Below are positions 28,480 through 37,158 of a stretch of 64,000 bases of DNA, in pieces. Location of the stretch: assembly GCA_023244895.1 (NCBI GenBank), contig JAHFLL010000001.1, forward strand, positions 489,802 to 553,801. The letters run 5' to 3'. The position numbers and the translations under genes are program-made. Below the pieces are notes generated by a model. It had not been told where the DNA came from. It saw only the letters and a program-made list of their open reading frames with translations, and did no database searches. Positions within the stretch are counted from its first letter, which is position 1. The number at the start of each line of letters is the position of its first letter. Source of the DNA: Candidatus Liptonbacteria bacterium (GTDB lineage: Bacteria; Patescibacteriota; Minisyncoccia; UBA6257; 2-01-FULL-56-20).

Positions 28480-29451
28480 CTAGCCGGAATAAAGCCGAAC
28501 CATATTCATTAGTTGGATTACGAGGAACGCGGCGTAGAAGCTAAGCAATATTAGGCCTTCTTTTCTGGTGACAACCCATTTGGACGAGGCAAAAAAATAG
28601 AAACAGATAAGACCGGCCATGGTTAGAATGACCGTAAGAATAAACTCACTCGCCTCCACCACAAAACTTCCGTTTACCAGAACCAAAACCCCGAATATCA
28701 GGGTATTGGTCGCGGCCGAACCGATATAGTCCCCAAAGGCTATATCTTTGCGTTTCTTCAGGATTGACTGGGCAGCAACCACCAACTCCGGCACATTGGT
28801 CCCGATAGATAAAAGTATCAAACCGATAATGGAATTTGGCACATGGAGAGCGTTCGCGAAGTACACGGCCTGTTCCACTAAGAAGTGCCCGGCTATAAAA
28901 ATAAAGATCCCGCCCAACAATATTTTTGCTCCATCTCTCCAACCGATATTATTCCCAAGAAGGTCCTTTTCAATTATTTGCACATCCGCCCTAACGGAGT
29001 CTTTTTGGTTTTCAATCAGAAAGAGTAGAACCGCAAATGCCAATATGGAAGACAACCCTTCCAGTCTGGTGACTCTTCCATCAATTACAAATAGGGCAGG
29101 CAGAAGAATGGCCAAGAGAGACAGCTGCAAATTGCGGTGAGATAAGGTGTGACGCAACTGGACGCCTTTTCCGGTTACAGCTAAGAAAGGAATAATAAAA
29201 AGCAGAATCACGAAAGAGGCACCGATTAAGTTACCTACCGAGACCTGAGGCACACCCTCAATCCAGGAGTTGGTCGCAACCGATATCTCGCTGATGGACG
29301 TCAAGAAACCCAATATAAAGAAGGCTATCGCAAAACCACTTTTGTGAAAGTGTTTCGCGACCCGGTCCACGGATTCAATAAGCATGCCCGCGAAAAACCA
29401 GATGACCGCGGAGGAGAATAAAAAAAGAAGAATATGGGCGAGCGTATTCAT
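28480..29451 (-). CDS. Na+/Ca2+ exchanger family (CaCA, YrbG-like) membrane protein
   Basis: Two alpha-repeat motifs are present, GNLIGASFVIL and GTNVPELVVA...GDYIGSAATN. The protein has about 10 TM helices. Confidence 0.75.
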   Translation of the reverse strand: MNTLAHILLFLFSSAVIWFFAGMLIESVDRVAKHFHKSGFAIAFFILGFLTSISEISVATNSWIEGVPQVSVGNLIGASFVILLFIIPFLAVTGKGVQLRHTLSHRNLQLSLLAILLPALFVIDGRVTRLEGLSSILAFAVLLFLIENQKDSVRADVQIIEKDLLGNNIGWRDGAKILLGGIFIFIAGHFLVEQAVYFANALHVPNSIIGLILLSIGTNVPELVVAAQSILKKRKDIAFGDYIGSAATNTLIFGVLVLVNGSFVVEASEFILTVILTMAGLICFYFFASSKWVVTRKEGLILLSFYAAFLVIQLMNMVRLYSG

Positions 29452-29481
29452 GCTTTGATTATACCAGGAAACATGGAAGGG

Positions 29482-30318
29482 TTAGGCCTTGCTCTTGAGC
29501 ACCTCAACCACATCCCAAGACTTCTCCCGGCTCATATCCTCTCTGCCCAGGCGGTATAACCCTGCCTCGTTCGGCAAACGAGAATATAGGGGAGAAAAAT
29601 GCGGATAGTAGGGCGGTTGAGATACGGCGTGAAAAACCTCGCGCGGGTTCTCATACGCAAGCTTTTTCTCTAAAAGATGATTGTTGTCCATCTCGCGCAA
29701 TAGAACCAGAACTGCTTGTGTTCCAATGATAATCAAGCTAACGATTAAGCTCATAAGCATACTCCCGTCTCGGATAGCTAAAATAGTTGTTATCATCAAA
29801 ACCGCAAGCGTTATAAGAACAATCCAGTGACCAGTGGTCAGATTGTTTTTCGCGGCCAGTGATATCTCTTGCCGACAAGAAATAATTTTATCTTTCATGT
29901 CTAGGATGCGTTCCAGATATTCTTTTTCTTCAGGACCGACTGCGAGAGCGTTGATGGCCGTCTCTATTCGGTCTACTTCTTTCTCTGTTTGAAAAACATG
30001 ACCGAGCGTTCCAAGGTTTAACTGAGCAATCATATATTGATCAATGGCCTGATGCACGCTCTCCGATTTGTTGTCGCCTATCTTCCTCGCGGTGTCCGCT
30101 ATGGAAATAAGCGAGGCGTTTTCTTCCGCTATCAGGGTCTGTAGACGCAAGTAGTTAGACATGGCGTCCGCAATAAAAAATCCGGCAACAATCGCGAAAA
30201 CCGTGGAAGTTGCGCTCACTAACGTACCCAATTCGTTACCAATCTTAAAAAGTGGCAACAAAAAAGAGACTAAAACAAGACATATCCCGAGCGCGATATC
30301 TTTTTTAAACACACGCAT
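29482..30318 (-). CDS. Hypothetical polytopic membrane protein
   Basis: A 278-aa ORF with at least 4 TM helices. Confidence 0.5.
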   Translation of the reverse strand: MRVFKKDIALGICLVLVSFLLPLFKIGNELGTLVSATSTVFAIVAGFFIADAMSNYLRLQTLIAEENASLISIADTARKIGDNKSESVHQAIDQYMIAQLNLGTLGHVFQTEKEVDRIETAINALAVGPEEKEYLERILDMKDKIISCRQEISLAAKNNLTTGHWIVLITLAVLMITTILAIRDGSMLMSLIVSLIIIGTQAVLVLLREMDNNHLLEKKLAYENPREVFHAVSQPPYYPHFSPLYSRLPNEAGLYRLGREDMSREKSWDVVEVLKSKA

Positions 30319-30337
30319 ACTCTTATTGGAATAGTCC

Positions 30338-30451
30338 CTATACGCGCTTCTTTCTAGCCGCGAGCATCTGCCTCTTTATCTCCAAGCGCTTCTTGGTCTT
30401 ATGGGAATGCGATTTCTGAGGAGTACCTACTGTCGTGAATCTTTTTGCCAT
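30338..30451 (-). CDS. Possible small basic protein, 37 aa
   Basis: MAKRFTTVGTPQKSHSHKTKKRLEIKRQMLAARKKRV runs from ATG to TAG. It is below the ORF-track size cutoff. Its composition is Lys/Arg-rich like a ribosomal protein. Confidence 0.25.
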   Translation of the reverse strand: MAKRFTTVGTPQKSHSHKTKKRLEIKRQMLAARKKRV

Positions 30452-30527
30452 ATGTGTATTTGTTGATTAGTTGATTACTTGGTAAGTGTAGCAGGAATAC
30501 CGTTAAAAGAAAATATTTGAGCGGAAG

Positions 30528-30986
30528 CTAGATCTCTAAGACGGCTTGGAAATTGCCCCGGAAAGCCGGGTTCTCGGCGTCTCCCTCGCCCAGCTCTCCG
30601 ACCTTAACCACCACTCTCCCGCCCTCCTTAAAAACACCAATTTCATTTCCCCCGCCCGCAAACCAGCACTGCACGCGCGAAACCTCGTTCGGGTCGGCGG
30701 ACTCGCTTAGTATGCCGGTCTGACCAGCCTCCACCTCGTGACAACTACCGGTATATTTACCCACTGCGCGAGTATTTCCATTTGTAGTGATACTAATGGT
30801 TGTATAGGGAACGCTCTGTTCGTCCGGTTCGGATTCCACAAAACTCCATTTGTAGGACTGGGCAGGAGCTGCTAGCACTTCAGCCCTATTCGTTCCCGCC
30901 TGCTCCCCTGTCTTCTGCATATAGAAATACACGGCCGAAATAGCTACCACCAGAACAACAACCGCGATAATTATTTTTTTACTCAT
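30528..30986 (-). CDS. Hypothetical secreted protein
   Basis: An N-terminal TM or signal sequence is present (KIIIAVVVLVVAISAVYFY). Confidence 0.5.
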   Translation of the reverse strand: MSKKIIIAVVVLVVAISAVYFYMQKTGEQAGTNRAEVLAAPAQSYKWSFVESEPDEQSVPYTTISITTNGNTRAVGKYTGSCHEVEAGQTGILSESADPNEVSRVQCWFAGGGNEIGVFKEGGRVVVKVGELGEGDAENPAFRGNFQAVLEI

Positions 30987-31076
30987 AAGGTTAATATTTT
31001 ATCATCCTATCCGAAGAAGAGAATGGAAACAAAAAGCTAGGCGTGAACACTCAACCTTTTTGTTTGTCCGAAATTA

Positions 31077-31895
31077 TTATTCGATCTCGTAACGAAGCGT
31101 GACATTAACCGTAATCTCCTGACTCCCTGGCTCAACCGTAGGCGCAGGCGGAGCCTTTACGGACGAAGCGGATTCGGTAGCGGCATAATCAAGCGCGGAG
31201 TTATACACTCGATACGGGGCATAGCCCTCGTCCACGGAGAGCAATCTTCCCAATCTGAATCCAGCGGCGGTGGCAACTTTTTCCGCCCTAGCTTTTGCTT
31301 TCTGTATCGCCTGTTCGCGCGCCTGCTCCTGAATAGTGCTCGGATCATCAATCTGGAAGGACAATTGCGAAACATCGTTCACGCCCCGCGAGACAACACC
31401 GCTCAGAATATCACCAACCCTAGCGAAGTCACGCGCCTTTACCTGTACGGTTTGGGTAATCGTATATCCGACTATCTCGGCAGGCGGACAAACCTTAGAA
31501 ATCACATTCTCCGCCCCCGGTATTAACGGAGCTGGCATAATCTCGCGGCAGGTCGCATACTGATAGCGCGGAGAAAGGCTGTATCCCTGTGTCTTGATAT
31601 CTTTCGCATCCACACCGCTCGATTTCACAAATTCGATTGCCTGGTTAACTTTTTCCGTGTTTTTAGCCTGCAAAGACGCGATATCTTTCCCACCCTCACT
31701 TATCACACTGAAGGTAAATACCGCAACGTCTGGAATAGCAACAATCTTCCCTTCCCCGACAGCCGAAAAACTGCGGAACGAAGACGGCTGAATCGATTTA
31801 TCGTAAGAGCTGACATAGGAAAGAGCGGAATAACCAAACACTAGAACCCCGACAACGATAGCCCCACCTAGAACATTTTTAATTTTTTGATTCAT
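31077..31895 (-). CDS. SIMPL-domain (DUF541) periplasmic protein
   Basis: It has a signal peptide and the SIMPL-like pattern VVAIPDVAVFTFSV...LQAKNTEKVNQAIEFVKSSGVDAKDIKTQGYSLSPRYQY. Confidence 0.6.
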   Translation of the reverse strand: MNQKIKNVLGGAIVVGVLVFGYSALSYVSSYDKSIQPSSFRSFSAVGEGKIVAIPDVAVFTFSVISEGGKDIASLQAKNTEKVNQAIEFVKSSGVDAKDIKTQGYSLSPRYQYATCREIMPAPLIPGAENVISKVCPPAEIVGYTITQTVQVKARDFARVGDILSGVVSRGVNDVSQLSFQIDDPSTIQEQAREQAIQKAKARAEKVATAAGFRLGRLLSVDEGYAPYRVYNSALDYAATESASSVKAPPAPTVEPGSQEITVNVTLRYEIE

Positions 31896-32155
31896 TTTTG
31901 TAAGTTATTTTTAGCCTTTCTATTAGTTTACAGCATATCCGAGAGAAGACAAAGCAACTATTTGTTTGGGTGTTAATCGCCAATAGTGAGAGGAGTCTCA
32001 CACGCTCCCCTTCGACAAGCTCAGGGTCGTTTTTGAGACCCTCCTGTTCCAATACCTCCGCCCTTGGAAAACTCCCGTTTTCCAACTCCTTTCCCTATTC
32101 GATTCCTACCGCCAAAAATGTTTCAACCCGCCACAAGGGCGGGGCAAAACATTTG

Positions 32156-32226
32156 CGGGGGCACTAGGAATCGAACCCAGATCTCTTCTTTTGGAGAGAA
32201 GCATTCTACCACTGAACTATGCCCCC
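32156..32226 (-). tRNA. tRNA-Trp(CCA)
   Basis: The reverse complement reads GGGGGCA-TA-GTTC-AGTGGTA-GAAT-G-CTTCT-CTCCAAA-AGAAG-AGAT-CTGGG-TTCGATT-CCTAG-TGCCCCC-G, with anticodon CCA. It lies immediately downstream of rpmG, as in many bacteria. Confidence 0.85.
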
Positions 32227-32294
32227 AATGGTAACGGTTAAATTTAACAGGATAACTTAAAACCCCGCAAGTGCGGGGCTTTAAGGTTGAAAAT

Positions 32295-32474
32295 CTATTT
32301 CGCGGTTATCTTGGCTTCCTTGTGGACGGTGTGCTTTCTGCACCAGGCGCAAAATTTCTTGTAAGCGATTTTACGCTCCACGGTCTTCTTATTCTTGGAA
32401 ATATAATAATTCCGCCTCTTGCAGGTTTCGCACTTCAATCCGATAAGCTTGTCGGAACGCTTTACTTTGGCCAT
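32295..32474 (-). CDS. rpmG: 50S ribosomal protein L33
   Basis: MAKVKRSDKLIGLKCETCKRRNYYISKNKKTVERKIAYKKFCAWCRKHTVHKEAKI is the C4 zinc-ribbon form of L33. The start is placed at the internal ATG of track ORF 32295..32543. Confidence 0.85.
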   Translation of the reverse strand: MAKVKRSDKLIGLKCETCKRRNYYISKNKKTVERKIAYKKFCAWCRKHTVHKEAKITAK

Positions 32475-32567
32475 TTTATTAGTAAGTAGTGAGTAGAAAG
32501 TAGTAAGTAGGATACTACTTAGAACTGGGATATGGTACCCCAAAAGAACGTTTTAGTCAATTATAAT

Positions 32568-32584
32568 CTGAGCCGTTGGCCGGA
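32568..32584. repeat. 16-nt exact direct repeat of the tRNA-Thr(GGU) 3' acceptor end
   Basis: tgagccgttggccgga at 32569-32584 is identical to 32706-32721, which is the 3' end of the split tRNA. The roughly 120-nt spacer carries two strong hairpins (CGGAGGGAA...TTCCCTCCG and TTCGGAACC-GTGG-GTTCCGAA). Confidence 0.6.
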
Positions 32585-32707
32585 ATTTCACTACTCGCCT
32601 CTCGGTAACCTCGGAGCTGCGCTTTCGGAACCCACGGTTCCGAATAACCTCCTTCTTCGGAGGGAACCCGGTAGCTTTCCCTCCGACACCTCCTTTCGTT
32701 CAAATTG

Positions 32708-32965
32708 AGCCGTTGGCCGGATTTGAACCGGCGACCTACTCCTTCGCTTACACCCCTATTTTCTAGACACTATTAGGGGACTAGACTGTATCTTATCCCG
32801 CGGAGCGGGACCCCTTGTCAGTCGTTCGAGCCGCTAAGCGGCTACGGTCTTAACCTGTGCAGGTCTTTAACCGTTATTCGGGATTCATCCGCGATGTTGC
32901 CATCGGGATGGGCAGGAGACTTGCGTCCCACCATGGAGTTGCTCTACCAACTGAGCTACAACGGC
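32708..32965 (-). tRNA. tRNA-Thr(GGU) interrupted by a 185-nt intervening sequence in the anticodon loop
   Basis: The 5' half reads GCCGTTG-TA-GCTC-AGTTGGTA-GAGC-A-ACTCC-ATGGT. The 3' half reads AA-GGAGT-AGGTC-GCCGG-TTCAAAT-CCGGC-CAACGGC-T. Together they give perfect acceptor, D, anticodon and T stems. G1-C72 and C2-G71 are ThrRS identity pairs in E. coli. The D arm is identical to that of the intact tRNA-Thr(UGU) at 33702..33774. The exact splice site is ambiguous, and k-mer alternatives would give Pro(GGG) or Arg(GCG). Confidence 0.55.
32745..32929 (-). other. Intervening sequence within the tRNA-Thr anticodon loop (candidate self-splicing intron)
   Basis: The boundaries are consistent with a group I intron: U precedes the 5' splice site and the insert ends in G. 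At 185 nt it is shorter than the smallest group I introns I know of (about 205 nt). I did not do a core P3-P7 assignment. Confidence 0.35.
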
Positions 32966-33576
32966 TTATCTACCTTATCAATAAGCCCGACCATTATATC
33001 CCTTAACTTTGTATTTGAAAAGTGGACAGTTATTACCCCGTACCTACTCTTCTTTCGGTAGGTTCCCAGCTTACCAGACCTGGTTACTGTTGGTTTATAA
33101 AACTGGCTCACTCCAACTCCCAGCTCTTTTTTCCAAAAATCCATAGCCTCTTTGGTATCTATGTCCGAGAACGTATGCAAATGGAATTTGAAATTGTTTT
33201 TATCTATCCCGAAAAATCTTTTAAGAAACTTCATAAACGCCAAGATTAGCTTGGGGTCAGAATTGCCCAACCGAACCTGATTTTTATCTGCCTTGGTGCC
33301 CTCGCCCCAATAGAGCCCTACGCCCAGCCCAAATAATCTGAAATCCTCTGGGGTTATGGGCGCGAAAAACTTGAATGGGTCTCCGTTCGGGTTGCATCTA
33401 GCGTAAACCGCATCACTAATGCTCCGTTTTTCTATCGCATATTTCAAAAGCCAATAATTAACTTTATTTTCGGAACAATTCAATATTTCAGAAATCTCTT
33501 TAGCGGATCTCTTCTTCGTTAGGTACAAATCTACAAGCATCTGCTCTGCAATTATCCCTCTATTACCCTTATTCAT
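32956..33576 (-). CDS. HTH-domain protein with a LAGLIDADG-like motif (putative homing-endonuclease-like)
   Basis: A 206-aa protein with an N-terminal HTH-like region (SAKEISEILNCSENKVNYWLLKYAI). The motif FGLGVGLYWGEGTK resembles the single LAGLIDADG motif seen in I-CeuI/I-CreI-type enzymes. It sits between two tRNA-Thr genes and overlaps the 5' end of the split tRNA by about 10 nt. Confidence 0.4.
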   Translation of the reverse strand: MNKGNRGIIAEQMLVDLYLTKKRSAKEISEILNCSENKVNYWLLKYAIEKRSISDAVYARCNPNGDPFKFFAPITPEDFRLFGLGVGLYWGEGTKADKNQVRLGNSDPKLILAFMKFLKRFFGIDKNNFKFHLHTFSDIDTKEAMDFWKKELGVGVSQFYKPTVTRSGKLGTYRKKSRYGVITVHFSNTKLRDIMVGLIDKVDKPL

Positions 33577-33701
33577 GGCATTTATTTAAATATCGGTTGA
33601 CCTCTTTATTATATACAATTATATCAAACAATATAAGTAAAACAAACTAATGAGATGAAAACTCACGATCCATCTCCCCCCTCTCCTCTGCCCCATAGCT
33701 G

Positions 33702-33774
33702 AGCCACCTCCCGGACTCGAACCGGGGACCTTCACTTTACAAAAGTGTTGCTCTACCAACTGAGCTAAGGTGGC
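33702..33774 (-). tRNA. tRNA-Thr(UGU)
   Basis: GCCACCT-TA-GCTC-AGTTGGTA-GAGC-A-ACACT-TTTGTAA-AGTGA-AGGTC-CCCGG-TTCGAGT-CCGGG-AGGTGGC-T, with anticodon TGT. Confidence 0.85.
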
Positions 33775-33923
33775 GCTACGAGCCCAATAATAAGGAAAAG
33801 CGGGGTTTTTGTAAAACGGCTAATTGTTAAATTTGGGTAATTTTTGTACAATGAACCCGGTTGGAAAACCAGCCGAATCTCCCTAAAATCCCGCCCTGCG
33901 GGATGGTGGGCAAAACAATATTT

Positions 33924-36900
33924 ATGGCTAAATTTACTCACTTACACACCCACAGCCACTACTCCCTCTTAGACGGCCTGACCCAGATAGACGCTATGGT
34001 AGGTAGGGTCAAAGAGCTGGGGATGGATTCAATTGCTCTTACCGATCACGGCGTACTCTATGGCGCGGTGGAGTTTTACAAGAAAGCTAAGAAGGCTGGC
34101 ATTAAGCCTATTTTAGGCGTAGAGACATATGTCGCTCCCAAAGACCGCTTCAGCAAGGAGGCGGGTGAAAGATACTACCACCTCATTCTACTCGCCAAAG
34201 ACAAGCAGGGCTGGAAAAACCTTATTAAACTAGTCACCGCCGCTCATCTGGAAGGATTCTATTACAAGCCCCGGGTAGACAAGGAACTCTTGCGCCAAAA
34301 TCACGAGGGGCTAATCGCCTCTTCCGCTTGTCTGGGCGGAGAGATAGACCAGGCACTACTGGCCGACAAATTTGATGAGGCGGTAAAAATAGCGAAAGAA
34401 TACGAAGAAATCTTCGGCAAGGGAAATTATTATTTGGAAATTCAAAAGCATCCCCACATACCGGAAGCGGAAAAAGTTTGGCCGCTTAAAATTAAATTAT
34501 CCAAAGAAACCGGAATCCCCCTTATCGCCACCCAGGACAGCCACTACACCTACCCGGAACAGGCGGAATATCATGATATTTTGCTTGCGGTTCAAACCGG
34601 CAATAAACTTTCGGACGACGACCGCCTATCGCTTAAGGAAGACGACTTCTCTATCGCTGGCCCGGACACAATGGCGGAGAGATTCGCGGAGGTGCCGGAG
34701 GCGATCTCCAACACTCAAGTTGTCGCGGACATGTGCAATGTGGAGCTAGAGTTGGGCAAGGTGCTACTGCCGGATTTTCAGAAACCGGACGGCAAGACTG
34801 CCAATCAGTATTTGCGAGAACTGGTTGAAAAAAGAATTGGCAATCGCTTCAAGCCGGAAGAACAGACCAAAGAGGTGCACGACCGCGTGGAATACGAATT
34901 AGGCGTGGTAGAAAAAACTGGTTTCGCGGACTACTTCTTAATAGTGCAAGATCTCATTAACTGGGCCAAAGACCATGGCATAGCGGTCGGTCCCGGCAGA
35001 GGCTCGGCGGCGGGCAGTTTGGTTTCTTATATTCTGAATATTACCGACGTTAATCCCCTGCCCTATGACCTATTGTTTGAACGCTTCCTAAATCCGGAAC
35101 GTATTCAAATGCCAGATATTGATATTGACTTCGCGGACAAGCGCCGGGACGAGGTTTTAGCCTACGCGCGCGACACCTACGGCGAAGATCGAGTGGCCCA
35201 AATTATTACTTTTGGAACCATGGCGGCGCGCGCCGCTATCAGAGACGCGGGCAGAGCCATGGGCATGACTTACGGCTTTTGCGACCAGATTGCCAAGCTA
35301 ATACCTCTCAACGAAAAATTGGCGGTGGCCATTAAAAAAGTGCCGGAGCTCAGTGAATTTTACAATACCAACCCGGATGCCAAAAAACTACTTGATGCGG
35401 CGGCGCACCTGGAGGGAGTCGCCCGCCACGCCTCCGTGCACGCTTGCGGAACAGTGATATCTAAGGAGCCATTGGTAAATGTGGTGCCGCTTCAATTCGC
35501 TCCGCAGGAAAGGAGTAATGTCATCACCCAGTTTGAAATGCACTCCGTAGAAGACCTGGGATTGCTCAAAATTGACTTCTTGGGGTTGCGGAATCTGACT
35601 ATTATTGAGAATACGGTGCGTCTCATAAAAGATTTGCACGGCGTGGATTTGGATATATCCAAACTGCCGCTTAACGACCAAAAAACTTTTGAGCTGCTGC
35701 AGGTCGGCAATACCACCGGAGTATTCCAGTTTGAGTCCAGCGGTATGCGCCGTTATATGAAAGAGATTGTGCCAACCGAATTTGAAGACCTGGTGGCGCT
35801 GGTGGCGCTATTCCGCCCCGGCCCAATGGAACTTATCCCCTCCTATATTAAGCGCAAACACGGCAAGGAGAAGATTACCTATCTACACCCCAAGCTGGAG
35901 CCAATTCTAAAAAACACCTACGGCATAGGTGTCTACCAGGAACAGATGATGCGTATCGCGCGCGACTTGGCCGGCTACTCTCTGGCGGAAGCGGATACTC
36001 TACGCAAAGCTATCGGCAAGAAGATTAAGGAGCTGCTGGACGAACAGGAAAGCAAGCTAGTGAACGGTATGATAAAAAATGGCATAGACAAAAAAATCGC
36101 CAAGGCCATTTGGGAGTTGTTCCCGCCCTTCGCGCGTTATGGCTTCAATAAAAGCCACGCGGTCTGCTATGCTCTAATCGGTTACCGCACTGCCTATCTT
36201 AAAGCGCACTATCCGGAAGAGTTCATGGCGAGCTTATTAAACGCGGAGGTAAATGATATTGAGCGGATTTCTTTGCTTATTAACGAGGCACGCCAGAATA
36301 AGGTAGATATACTGCCTCCCGATGTGAACAAAAGCTTTGTGGACTTCACCCCAGAAGGAGAAAAGATAAGATTCGGCTTACAAGCCATTAAAAACGTGGG
36401 CGAGGCTATCACGCAGGCCATTATTGAAGAAAGAGTAATGCGCGGACCGTTTACTTCTTTTAGTGAATTTTTAACTCGCACCCAACACAAGGATTTAAAT
36501 AAAAAATCTTTGGAGAGCATGATCAAGGCGGGTGTATTTGACTCGCTCGGGCTGGAACGCAATCAGGGACTTTTCAACTCGGATGAAATAGTTAAATTCG
36601 CCTCTAATTTCCGCAAGTCCCAAGAACAAGCCAGTAGCTCTCTCTTCGGAGCAGGCACCATGCCAACGCCAACCCTGATTCTCAAGGAGTGCCCACCCGC
36701 TACCTCCGCCCAAAAATTATCCTGGGAAAAAGAATTGGTAGGCTTCTACCTTTCCGACCACCCACTTAACAGCTATTTAGATGTTATAAAAAGAGTTAAC
36801 GCCAAACCCATCGCCGAAGTGCGCCAAATGCAAGACAGCGATGAAAAAGTGATTATCGCGGGCTGCGTTTCCAGTCTGAAAAAGATCACCACCAAGAGCG

Positions 36901-37094
36901 GACGCGCTATGATATTTGCCAGCGTAGAAGATTTTTCCCCTCAACCCATAGAAGTCGTAGTCTTTAACAGCACTCTCACTAAAACTCTCCCGGTCTGGGA
37001 AGTGGGAAACGTGGTTTTGGTGGAGGGTCATATGTCTTCTCGCAACGACGAGCCCAAGCTGGTCTGCGACAGAGCGCAGAAGATTAATAAATAA
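33924..37094 (+). CDS. dnaE: DNA polymerase III alpha subunit
   Basis: The PHP domain starts at MAKFTHLHTHSHYSLLDG. The polymerase core reads GLLKIDFLGLRNLT. A C-terminal OB fold is present. The start is set to the internal ATG at 33924, because the track ORF begins 21 codons earlier. Confidence 0.95.
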   Translation: MAKFTHLHTHSHYSLLDGLTQIDAMVGRVKELGMDSIALTDHGVLYGAVEFYKKAKKAGIKPILGVETYVAPKDRFSKEAGERYYHLILLAKDKQGWKNLIKLVTAAHLEGFYYKPRVDKELLRQNHEGLIASSACLGGEIDQALLADKFDEAVKIAKEYEEIFGKGNYYLEIQKHPHIPEAEKVWPLKIKLSKETGIPLIATQDSHYTYPEQAEYHDILLAVQTGNKLSDDDRLSLKEDDFSIAGPDTMAERFAEVPEAISNTQVVADMCNVELELGKVLLPDFQKPDGKTANQYLRELVEKRIGNRFKPEEQTKEVHDRVEYELGVVEKTGFADYFLIVQDLINWAKDHGIAVGPGRGSAAGSLVSYILNITDVNPLPYDLLFERFLNPERIQMPDIDIDFADKRRDEVLAYARDTYGEDRVAQIITFGTMAARAAIRDAGRAMGMTYGFCDQIAKLIPLNEKLAVAIKKVPELSEFYNTNPDAKKLLDAAAHLEGVARHASVHACGTVISKEPLVNVVPLQFAPQERSNVITQFEMHSVEDLGLLKIDFLGLRNLTIIENTVRLIKDLHGVDLDISKLPLNDQKTFELLQVGNTTGVFQFESSGMRRYMKEIVPTEFEDLVALVALFRPGPMELIPSYIKRKHGKEKITYLHPKLEPILKNTYGIGVYQEQMMRIARDLAGYSLAEADTLRKAIGKKIKELLDEQESKLVNGMIKNGIDKKIAKAIWELFPPFARYGFNKSHAVCYALIGYRTAYLKAHYPEEFMASLLNAEVNDIERISLLINEARQNKVDILPPDVNKSFVDFTPEGEKIRFGLQAIKNVGEAITQAIIEERVMRGPFTSFSEFLTRTQHKDLNKKSLESMIKAGVFDSLGLERNQGLFNSDEIVKFASNFRKSQEQASSSLFGAGTMPTPTLILKECPPATSAQKLSWEKELVGFYLSDHPLNSYLDVIKRVNAKPIAEVRQMQDSDEKVIIAGCVSSLKKITTKSGRAMIFASVEDFSPQPIEVVVFNSTLTKTLPVWEVGNVVLVEGHMSSRNDEPKLVCDRAQKINK

Positions 37095-37158
37095 GATTTA
37101 GAACTTAGTCATTAGGACCTAGCGGGAGATATACTTCAAACGGAAAATTTGCCCGATT

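Noticed and set aside
31879-32085. A 68-aa TTG-start ORF downstream of tRNA-Trp, considered as a SecE candidate
   Set aside because: It has no transmembrane helix, which SecE requires. The SD-like GGAG abuts the TTG with no spacing. I treat it as non-coding. A hairpin plus T tract (CCCGCC-ACAAG-GGCGGG) lies just downstream of tRNA-Trp.
32745-32929. Calling the tRNA insert a confirmed group I intron
   Set aside because: The U/G boundary rule fits, but the length of 185 nt is below the smallest group I introns I know of. I could not assign P3-P7 core elements by inspection. It is reported as a candidate only.
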